A stretch of 31,527 nucleotides of DNA from Armatimonadota bacterium (GTDB lineage Bacteria; Armatimonadota; Armatimonadia; Armatimonadales; Capsulimonadaceae): positions 1-31,527 of the forward strand of contig JANOOM010000638.1 in NCBI GenBank assembly GCA_031421335.1, read 5' to 3'. The notes beneath the pieces were generated by a model that was not told the DNA's origin, ran no database searches, and worked only from the letters and a program-made list of their open reading frames with translations. Shown here piece by piece: positions 1-6,383 of the stretch. Each line of letters opens with the position of its first letter. Position 1 is the stretch's first letter. The position numbers and the translations under genes are program-made.

Positions 1-18
1 GGCATTAGATTGTCCGTG

Positions 19-69
19 CCTCTAACCCTTCCCTAACAGGGAAGGGTCGGCGCTCGCGCCGGGGTTAGG
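19..69. repeat. Intergenic palindromic repeat (CCCTTCCC...GGGAAGGG type)
   Basis: ACCCTTCCCT (25-34)-AAC-AGGGAAGGGT (38-47) is a perfect hairpin. Outer CTAACCC and GGGTTAG also pair. It abuts the mazG stop codon. Confidence 0.6.
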
Positions 70-1197
70 TCACTCCTGCCCCTTTGCCGCCTGCCAGGCC
101 GCTTCCATCTCTTCCAAGCTCAGGTCGGACACGACGCGGCCCATATCAGAAGCGTGCTGCTCGATGCGGCGGAAGCGGGCGGCGAAGCGCAAGGTCATGC
201 GGCGCAGGGCGTCCTCGGGGTCTATCTTGAGGTGCCGGGCGACGTTGACCAGGGTGAACAGCAGGTCACCCAGTTCGTCAGCGGCGCGGGCCGTCTCGCC
301 CTGCGCGATCTCGGCGCGCAGTTCCCTAATTTCCTCCTCGACTTTGTCTAGAACCTCCCCTACCGTGGGCCACTCGAAGCCGACTTTGACGACGCGCTTG
401 GAGACCTCCAGAGCGCGCATCAGGGCGGGCAGGGCGGGCGGGATGCCGTCCAGGACGCCGACGCGGTCCTCGTAGCCCGGCTCGCCGCGCTTGATCTGCT
501 CCCAGTTTTTCAGCACCTCCTCTTCGCCGCTCACTGAGACGGTCCCGAAGACGTGCGGGTGGCGGCGAACGAGCTTTTCGACGATGGCGCGGGTCACGTC
601 CCCGGCGTCGAAGTCACCCACCTCTTGGGCAAGTTGGGCATGGAAGACGACCTGAAGCAGCAGGTCGCCCAGTTCCTCGGCGAGCTTCGTGGGGACGCCA
701 CTTTCGATGGCCTCAACGACTTCGTAGGCTTCCTCGATGACGTAGCGGCGCAGTGTCGAGGGCGTCTGGGCGAGGTCCCAGGGGCAGCCGCCTTCGGGGT
801 CGCGCAGGCGGGCCATGATGGCGACCAGGGCACCGAAGTCGGCGGGCGAGGGGGCGGGGGGCGGAGCGGGGCAGAAGACGCGCAGGGCCAGGCCCTCGCG
901 CCGGGCGGTTTCGGCGAGCAGGAGGCCGAGCGGGTGGGTCTGCGGATGGCCGGAGAGGACGCAGGCCGCGCCGCCCGCGCGGGCGGCGGCCAGCACGAGC
1001 ACAGCGGCCTCGGCATTGGGATGGCCGTCGGGGGCGGCGTCAAAGGTGACGCCGCCCGCGCTTCGGAGCCAGACAGCAGCGGGGTGGTCCCCCGCCCAGC
1101 TGAACCGGGGACCAGGGCCGGCGCGCAGGGCGTCCCAGGCCCCCAAACTCAGGCCGTCCTTGGTGTCACTCGGTCCCAGTCCGATCAGGGTCAGCAT
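70..1197 (-). CDS. mazG: MazG-family nucleoside triphosphate pyrophosphohydrolase with a short, degenerate YabN-like N-terminal region
   Basis: Motifs MARLRDPEGGCPWD, EEAYEVVEAIE, EELGDLLLQVVFHAQ and RRHPHVF, plus a second MazG repeat (EEIREL, ELGDLLF). The N-terminus LIGLGP resembles a tetrapyrrole-methylase start. Confidence 0.93.
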   Translation of the reverse strand: MLTLIGLGPSDTKDGLSLGAWDALRAGPGPRFSWAGDHPAAVWLRSAGGVTFDAAPDGHPNAEAAVLVLAAARAGGAACVLSGHPQTHPLGLLLAETARREGLALRVFCPAPPPAPSPADFGALVAIMARLRDPEGGCPWDLAQTPSTLRRYVIEEAYEVVEAIESGVPTKLAEELGDLLLQVVFHAQLAQEVGDFDAGDVTRAIVEKLVRRHPHVFGTVSVSGEEEVLKNWEQIKRGEPGYEDRVGVLDGIPPALPALMRALEVSKRVVKVGFEWPTVGEVLDKVEEEIRELRAEIAQGETARAADELGDLLFTLVNVARHLKIDPEDALRRMTLRFAARFRRIEQHASDMGRVVSDLSLEEMEAAWQAAKGQE

Positions 1198-1221
1198 CCG
1201 CGCTTGTTCCTTGCTTCTTCC

Positions 1222-2352
1222 CTACGGGTGGGCCGGCGCGAAGGGCGAGGCGCCCGCAGGCGGGGCGGCCGCAGGCGGGGCGGCCGGGGCCGGCTGGGTG
1301 AGCTGCGGGATGAGCGAAGCGTACTGCGTCTCGGGGATGCTGATCTTGACGTGGCTCTGGAAGTCGCGCAGGGACTGCTGGAGCGTCTGCTGGATCGAGG
1401 GATCGGCGGCGATCTTCTGCTGGAGCATCTGGGCGCGCAAATACTCCTTGACCTGGTCGAAAGCCAGGGTCTCCTTGGGCTTTTTCTCGACGACCTTGAC
1501 GATCCAGAAGGTGGGGCGGGCACCCGGCCCAGACCCCGGCACGGTGATGGGGGCGGTGACCTGGCCGGGCTTGGCATCCGCGATGGGCTTGATGACGGCG
1601 GCAAGCGCGGGCGGGATGGGGTCTAGAGGCACCCAGGTCGGGAAATCGCCGTCCGCCGTGGACTTGTCCAGCGACTTCGACACCTGGCTCTCGAAGGTCT
1701 GACCGCCGGTGATCGCTTTGGAGATGTCCTGCGCTTCGGCCAGACTGCCGACGGCGATCTTCTTGATGTGGACGCGGGCGGGGTTGGTGTAGGGCGGCTT
1801 GTCTTTGTTAGCGTTGTAGAAGGTCTGGACATCGGCGTCGGAGACGGTCTGGCCCTTGGTCGCGAGCTTGAGCTGCGTGAGCTGGGGCCGGAGCTGGAGC
1901 TGCTCGACCAGCTCGGCATTCAGGCCGGCGTCGGAGAGAGCCTGATCGAAAGGCTTGACCAGGCGAGCCTGCTGGAGCGCTTTGAAGGCATCGTACTGGG
2001 AACTGATCTCGGCGTCGGTGGGGGCCACGCCCTCGTCCTGGGCCAGTCCTTCCAGCATCAGGGATTGCAGCATCTGTCCGAGCACGGTCCGGCCCGCCTG
2101 CTGGGGTCCGTTGGAGAGCTGCTGTGCGTTCGGGACGTAGCTCTGGAGCTGGGCGTAGAACTGCGGCTGGCTGATGGATAGGGTGCTGCCCTTGGGCGTG
2201 GTGATGGTAGCGACGGCCCCGGTGCCGCCAGTTGGGCTGGTCATGGAGCCACTGCCGCCGCCGTCCGCTGCGTGGTTGCAGCCGGCAAGGGCGAGTGAGG
2301 AAAAGACGGCCAGGGAGGTGAGCCGCGCCGCGCCGCGTCGTGTCAGTTGCAT
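1222..2352 (-). CDS. PrsA/SurA-like peptidyl-prolyl isomerase (foldase) lipoprotein
   Basis: Signal peptide with lipobox LAGC, SurA-N-like helical region, parvulin-like segment (PARVHIKKI, AQDISKAITGGQTFE, KSLDKSTADGDF, KPGQVTAP). AAGGAG RBS upstream. Confidence 0.8.
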   Translation of the reverse strand: MQLTRRGAARLTSLAVFSSLALAGCNHAADGGGSGSMTSPTGGTGAVATITTPKGSTLSISQPQFYAQLQSYVPNAQQLSNGPQQAGRTVLGQMLQSLMLEGLAQDEGVAPTDAEISSQYDAFKALQQARLVKPFDQALSDAGLNAELVEQLQLRPQLTQLKLATKGQTVSDADVQTFYNANKDKPPYTNPARVHIKKIAVGSLAEAQDISKAITGGQTFESQVSKSLDKSTADGDFPTWVPLDPIPPALAAVIKPIADAKPGQVTAPITVPGSGPGARPTFWIVKVVEKKPKETLAFDQVKEYLRAQMLQQKIAADPSIQQTLQQSLRDFQSHVKISIPETQYASLIPQLTQPAPAAPPAAAPPAGASPFAPAHP

Positions 2353-2410
2353 GATGATTAAGAAACTCCTTTGAAGTAAAAACAGTCAGAAATATGGTCA
2401 AGAAACATGG

Positions 2411-2842
2411 CTAGAAAGCGCGCCGGGCGCGCAGACTGAGGATCAGGTCTACCTCACCCCGCCCCAGGCCGGTCCGGCGGGCGATCTCGGCGGGGTCGGT
2501 CACACCTTCGGCTACCAAGGCGGACAAGGCGGCGTGCGAGGCGGCCTCCGGCTCGGCGGATGCCGCCGGGGAGGAGACGGGGACGCTCGTAGGGGCGGGG
2601 TCCCCCCGCACTTCCCTTCTTTGCCGCTCCACGTCTTTTTGCCTTTCCACGGCTTCCAAGCGCCCGGCGAGGTCCGTCACCAGCGCTTCCAGCGTGACGC
2701 AGAGTTGTTCCAGTTCCCGCGTGTCGGCCGGCGTGGCGGGGGGCGGTAGAGGACGCGAACTCAGGTCGCGCCGGGCCAGCCACCACAGGGCGCCGGTGAA
2801 GACCAGGACAAGAAATTGGACGAGCAGCACTTCGATATTCAC
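2411..2842 (-). CDS. Hypothetical membrane-anchored protein: N-terminal TM helix, coiled coil, C-terminal HTH-like segment (DUF2802-like layout)
   Basis: Hydrophobic N-terminus, heptad segment, C-terminus AEIARRTGLGRGEVDLILSL. Confidence 0.65.
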   Translation of the reverse strand: MNIEVLLVQFLVLVFTGALWWLARRDLSSRPLPPPATPADTRELEQLCVTLEALVTDLAGRLEAVERQKDVERQRREVRGDPAPTSVPVSSPAASAEPEAASHAALSALVAEGVTDPAEIARRTGLGRGEVDLILSLRARRAF

Positions 2843-2870
2843 ACCTTCGGCATCAGGGAGCGCGAGTCAG

Positions 2871-3803
2871 TCACAGGGCCGCCTGGAGCATCTTGCCGGT
2901 AGAAAGTTGGCGGCCCACCAGCAGCGTGATCAGACGTGCCCCGCCGCGCCCGCGCAGGACGTCGGGCTTGAGCCACAAGCGCAGGCTCCGGCCCTCGTCG
3001 GCCACGACGATGCGGCTAACGGCCAGGATCGGGACGCCAGGGTAGACGCCCAGCAGCACAGCATCGCCCGGCGGCAGCGAGGCAGCCTCGGCCAGCCGCC
3101 GCCCTTGCGCGGCGAACGCTTGGACGAGCGGGACGCCGGGCGGCGGCTCCAGGCCGCGCCGTGTCAGGCTGATCCGGCCCATCATCGCGTCTCCACCCCG
3201 GTGGACGCGCGGGGCGGGGACGCGCGGCGGACGCAGCGCACGGCACGGCGGCAGCTCGATCCCCCACCCTGCGAGGGTGGGGCCGCCGGGGTCGGCCGCG
3301 AGCAGGGCAGCGCGGCGCACCTGGACCGGGTCGGCGGGCAGGGCCAGGAACGAGTCCGGCAGGCGCACGACGAAGGCGGGCAGCAACAGGTCCGCGCTCT
3401 CGGAGTGGCCCGTTTCGGCCTGGACGACCGGCATCCGGCGCGCAGCGGGCGGGGTGAAGGCGGCGCCGGCTTCCGCGAGACGGGCGACGGGCACCCCGAC
3501 CCCGCCGCTCGTCCCAGCTTGCGCCTCCGGGGCGGGGAGATGGCGGATCACACCGACCGGCTGCCAATCCCGCGCGCGACCGCCCGGCGCGACAGCAGGC
3601 GGCGCGTCGAACTGTTCGGCGCGGACAACGACCGGCGGCGTCATCTCGGAGCGGGCCAAGCCGCGCACGGCGGTATTGGCCGCGAGCCGCCCCAGCACGC
3701 GCCGCACGGCTTGCCAGGCGCGGCCGGAGCGCTCCCCACCTTGTTCCCCTGGCTGTCCTTCGGAGACTTCTATGGCGCCGGCCCCTTGTTCTCGTCGTCC
3801 CAC
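2871..3803 (-). CDS. Hypothetical Pro/Ala/Arg-rich protein
   Basis: 310-aa ORF collinear with its neighbours. The start is uncertain because it overlaps the upstream gene by 34 nt. Confidence 0.55.
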   Translation of the reverse strand: MGRREQGAGAIEVSEGQPGEQGGERSGRAWQAVRRVLGRLAANTAVRGLARSEMTPPVVVRAEQFDAPPAVAPGGRARDWQPVGVIRHLPAPEAQAGTSGGVGVPVARLAEAGAAFTPPAARRMPVVQAETGHSESADLLLPAFVVRLPDSFLALPADPVQVRRAALLAADPGGPTLAGWGIELPPCRALRPPRVPAPRVHRGGDAMMGRISLTRRGLEPPPGVPLVQAFAAQGRRLAEAASLPPGDAVLLGVYPGVPILAVSRIVVADEGRSLRLWLKPDVLRGRGGARLITLLVGRQLSTGKMLQAAL

Positions 3804-4348
3804 AACATCTTGATGGCGGCCTCGACACGGGCCAGCGGCTCGGTCGGGTCCATGGTCCGCCCGGCCTCGGTCAGCAGGCGGGTCGCTTCGGCCCGCAGGG
3901 CGGCGTCGCCCGGCGCGGGCAGGCGGATGCGGACGGGGGAGCCGCTGTCGGTGACTTGCAAAAAGTATTCAGCCTCGGAGATGTCCTGGACCGCGCCGAA
4001 CTCCTTCAAGGGCGGCACGCGCGCGCCGAGCAGCAGGATGGCGCGCTTGCCGGCCGCGCCGACCGTTTCCAGCAGGGCCGGCTCGGCGACGATGAACAGG
4101 TCCGGCTTCTGCTCCAGCCGCTCGATCAGGCTGCCGGCGATGACGTCACCATGGATGTATTTTTCCAGCACGTCGCCGTACAAGATGCGCTGCAAGCGGG
4201 TGGCGCGCACCGGCTCGGTGTAGCGAAACTCCAGGGGCAGCCCGTGGGCGTCGGTGACCATGACGCCGCCCATGAAGACGTCCTCGGCCACAGAAAAAGA
4301 CAGAACGTACCCGAGGCTCAGTTTCGCCGCCGCCATTGGCTTCCCCAT
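3770..4348 (-). CDS. Conserved-looking hypothetical protein
   Basis: Globular-looking sequence (FMGGVMVTDAHGLPLEFRYTEPV...LQRILYG) with typical high-GC codon usage. First gene behind a consensus promoter. Confidence 0.75.
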   Translation of the reverse strand: MGKPMAAAKLSLGYVLSFSVAEDVFMGGVMVTDAHGLPLEFRYTEPVRATRLQRILYGDVLEKYIHGDVIAGSLIERLEQKPDLFIVAEPALLETVGAAGKRAILLLGARVPPLKEFGAVQDISEAEYFLQVTDSGSPVRIRLPAPGDAALRAEATRLLTEAGRTMDPTEPLARVEAAIKMLWDDENKGPAP

Positions 4349-4384
4349 TCTCTACCGCGACGGCCTGCCGCCGTGTTCCCGCTT

Positions 4385-4413
4385 AGTGTAGCGCATTCGG
4401 GGCGAGGTGTCAA
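4385..4413 (-). promoter_or_regulatory. Sigma70-type promoter for the 4348-to-70 operon
   Basis: Minus strand reads TTGACA-N17-TACACT. Confidence 0.75.
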
Positions 4414-4448
4414 GCCTGGAAGCAACCTGGGGGCAAAGTGTGGGGCGT

Positions 4449-4478
4449 TTGACAGGGCGGCAGCGGGTGCAGTATGAT
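4449..4478 (+). promoter_or_regulatory. Divergent sigma70-type promoter
   Basis: TTGACA (4449-4454)-N18-TATGAT (4473-4478). Confidence 0.55.
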
Positions 4479-4505
4479 GGGGGATCAGTGTCATACGGCT
4501 GGCGA

Positions 4506-4957
4506 GGGCGAGTGGGGCGAGTGAATGAATTCACTCGCTACCGCCGGATCTGTCCGAGGGACAGCAGAGATAGGATAAGGCAGAGACGGCGAAGGAAGGG
4601 CGGGGACAAGCCCATTCGTTCCAACTAATTCAGGCTGGCAGTACCTCAAAGTACCAATTTCCAGACGCCTGAAAAAGCAGGCAAGCCTTTGATGGCAATC
4701 GTTGTGCAGCCTGTAAAAGCCATGAGCGTTAGAGAACATATCAACAATTCTCAAGAGCTATTTAGTTGGAACGATAGTTAGAACAAATGACACAAGGTTC
4801 GCCCCTACGCGGATGGCCCTCGGAACGTCGTTCGGAGCGTAGGGATAGGGCTTGTCCCTACCCTCCCTGCCAGTTCTCCCTCCCGCCTCGACTCTTCTGT
4901 CCCCTGGACAGGTCCAACGCGGAGCGAGTGATTTTAATCACTCGTCCAACCTCGTCC
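4506..4957. repeat. Large imperfect inverted repeat (REPIN-like) with nested elements
   Basis: Arm 4506-4614 aligns by eye with the reverse complement of 4847-4957. Palindromic cores are GCGAGTGAATGAATTCACTCGC (4517-4538) and CGAGTGATTTTAATCACTCG (4925-4944). A GTAG-type REP, GTAGGGATAGGGCTTGTCCCTACCCT, lies at 4839-4864. Confidence 0.7.
4616..4774. mobile_element. MITE-like element, 159 bp, with 13-bp terminal inverted repeats
   Basis: TCGTTCCAACTAA (4616-4628) and TTAGTTGGAACGA (4762-4774) are exact inverted repeats. The interior is AT-richer and has no transposase. No clear target-site duplication. Confidence 0.6.
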
Positions 4958-5009
4958 GGCACGGCCATGAGAGGGAACCCGGAGCAGCGCAGCAACATAC
5001 TCGCGGCAA

Positions 5010-5315
5010 CAGGAAAGGTTTTGAGGGCACTGATAGGGCTCTCTTCGACGAGTTTCAGCAGGCGGAAAAAGAACTCTCACGGGAGCAGGGTGCGTTCACC
5101 CTTTTCGGTCTGTTCGAGCGCCGGAACCTGATCGGCTCGTGGGACGTGGTCCGGTCCGCCCCCTGGCTCGGGACCGACTATGAGGCCAGCAACGCGGGCT
5201 GAAGCACATCCCGAGTATCATCCTCAGCGAGCAGGAGATCAACCGGGGCGTCATCATCACGGCGAGCCTTGAGGCGGCCCACGCGGTCGGGCCGGCGGCC
5301 CTTGCGGCGGCGTGA
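5010..5315 (+). pseudogene. Fragmented small hypothetical gene (frameshift and probable internal deletion)
   Basis: One frame reads DEFQQAEKELSREQGAFTLFGLFERRNLIGSWDVVRSAPWL to a stop at 5202. A second frame reads LKHIPSIILSEQEINRGVIITAS to a stop at 5315. No convincing start. The 5' boundary is approximate. Confidence 0.5.
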
Positions 5316-5563
5316 AAAGAAACAGATGTTCGGGAACAAAACGGGGGCCAGAGTCGTTTAATGAGTGTGAGCTACCGCCGGTCCTCAATGTCGAGGATCG
5401 GCGGCGGCCCTCAGTCCAGCGAAGCGGCCCCGGCGGGCGCAGACCAGCCCGCCGCATCACCGCCCGGCGACCAACGGCCCGTGCAGACGCGGGCCGGCGC
5501 GGGCGGATCGTCCGCTTCGCCTGCGAGTTTTTATCCCCCAAGGACAGGCGCGAGGAACGGCGG

Positions 5564-5592
5564 TTGACAAACCGTGCCCCCCGCGTCATAAT
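5564..5592 (+). promoter_or_regulatory. Sigma70-type promoter of the tRNA-like gene
   Basis: TTGACA (5564-5569)-N17-CATAAT (5587-5592). Confidence 0.8.
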
Positions 5593-5614
5593 ACCTTTGC
5601 CCCATTCAGAAAAA

Positions 5615-5697
5615 GCCGAAGTGGCGGAATGGCAGACGCGGAGGTCTCAAAACCCATTGGGGGCAACCTCGTGGGCGTTCGAGACCCCCCTTCGGCA
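5615..5697 (+). tRNA. tRNA-Leu(CAA)-like gene, atypical or possibly pseudo
   Basis: Perfect acceptor stem GCCGAAG/CTTCGGC, discriminator A, Leu-type D arm, anticodon loop CTCAAAA, long variable arm GGGG-GCAA-CCTC, TTCGA T-loop. The anticodon stem (GAGGT/CCCAT) has two mismatches and the T stem has one. No encoded CCA. Confidence 0.8.
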
Positions 5698-5724
5698 GAA
5701 GAACACAAGAGACGGACAAGAAGC

Positions 5725-5766
5725 AAGCCGCCGGACCTCAGAGAGAGGTCCGGCGGCTTTTTTGTT
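5725..5766 (+). terminator. Rho-independent terminator
   Basis: 15-bp perfect stem AAGCCGCCGGACCTC/GAGGTCCGGCGGCTT followed by a T-run. Confidence 0.9.
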
Positions 5767-5870
5767 CAGATGGGCGACGTTGTCGCGCTCGTCGAAGGCG
5801 TAGAAGGTGCTGGCGTTCGTGGCCGTCGTGGAGAGAGTAGGTCTGCGCCCCGGCGTCGCTCTGCTTCCAC
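5764..5870 (-). pseudogene. Probable remnant of an Rhs/YD-repeat core
   Basis: Minus strand reads GADLLS, then after a frameshift ATNASTFYAFDERDNVAHL. This resembles the 'G.L.SR...T.Y.FD..GNV..L' stretch near the end of Rhs cores. Confidence 0.45.
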
Positions 5871-5920
5871 GCCCGCAGACCGTCTCCCTCTGCCGCGACT
5901 ATCCAGCGCTGGAGCGGCGA

Positions 5921-6232
5921 TTACGGCTTTTGAGTAGGAGTCGGGGGCCATACTTGGGCATCGGGTGAATTAGCCAGGGGAGCTATCTTTTGAGGTTGAC
6001 GCTGCCGAGCAAAAAAGTACCAGGTTAGACAGCAGGCCACCCCGAAGCCTAAGCCGATTAATCCACCCCAACTTGCACCATGGATGTTCCATACCAAAAT
6101 ACCCACACCGTCACCTGCCCAGGCATTCGGGAGAAGGGCGGCAATCCCGATGTTCTCTCCCACTTGCCAGCCGGTAATCATTCCCAGAAGGGTGAGAAAG
6201 ACACATAGCACGAAGTAGGTTTGTTTCTTCAA
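5921..6232 (-). CDS. Small two-TM orphan membrane protein with a C-terminal VWPPTP motif
   Basis: TTG start with GAGGTG upstream, two hydrophobic segments, visibly lower GC than the flanks. Confidence 0.7.
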   Translation of the reverse strand: MKKQTYFVLCVFLTLLGMITGWQVGENIGIAALLPNAWAGDGVGILVWNIHGASWGGLIGLGFGVACCLTWYFFARQRQPQKIAPLANSPDAQVWPPTPTQKP

Positions 6233-6354
6233 CTTGCGTTCTTTTCACCTCGGGCTTACACCGAAAGGGCAGGACGTTCCCCTTACGGTTCCCCTTTCGC
6301 CCTCGTTCCGGGGCATGCGAAGAGAAAAGGAGAAAGGAGAGAAGGAAACAAAGA

Positions 6355-6378
6355 GGGCGCGATGAATCGCGCCCTTAC
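6355..6378 (-). repeat. REP-like palindrome (GTAA-GGGCGCGAT-TC-ATCGCGCCC)
   Basis: Perfect 9-bp-arm palindrome with a GTAA tetranucleotide, 5 nt downstream of the GH31 stop codon. Confidence 0.7.
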
Positions 6379-6383
6379 GGCCA

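Noticed and set aside
2694-4223. Long antisense and alternate-frame ORFs (also 553-1626, 7821-8888, 16902-18140, 20240-21571, 27945-29399, 30720-31451)
   Set aside because: These are typical high-GC shadows of real genes or repeats, with low-complexity translations and no motifs.
4616-4774. GTTCCAACTAA resembles the end of some CRISPR repeats
   Set aside because: There are only two copies, they are inverted rather than direct, there is no repeat-spacer periodicity and no cas genes are present.
5350-5545. Series of GC-rich hairpins upstream of the tRNA promoter, as a possible ncRNA
   Set aside because: Short hairpins are expected at this GC level. There is no recognisable family motif, promoter or terminator of its own.
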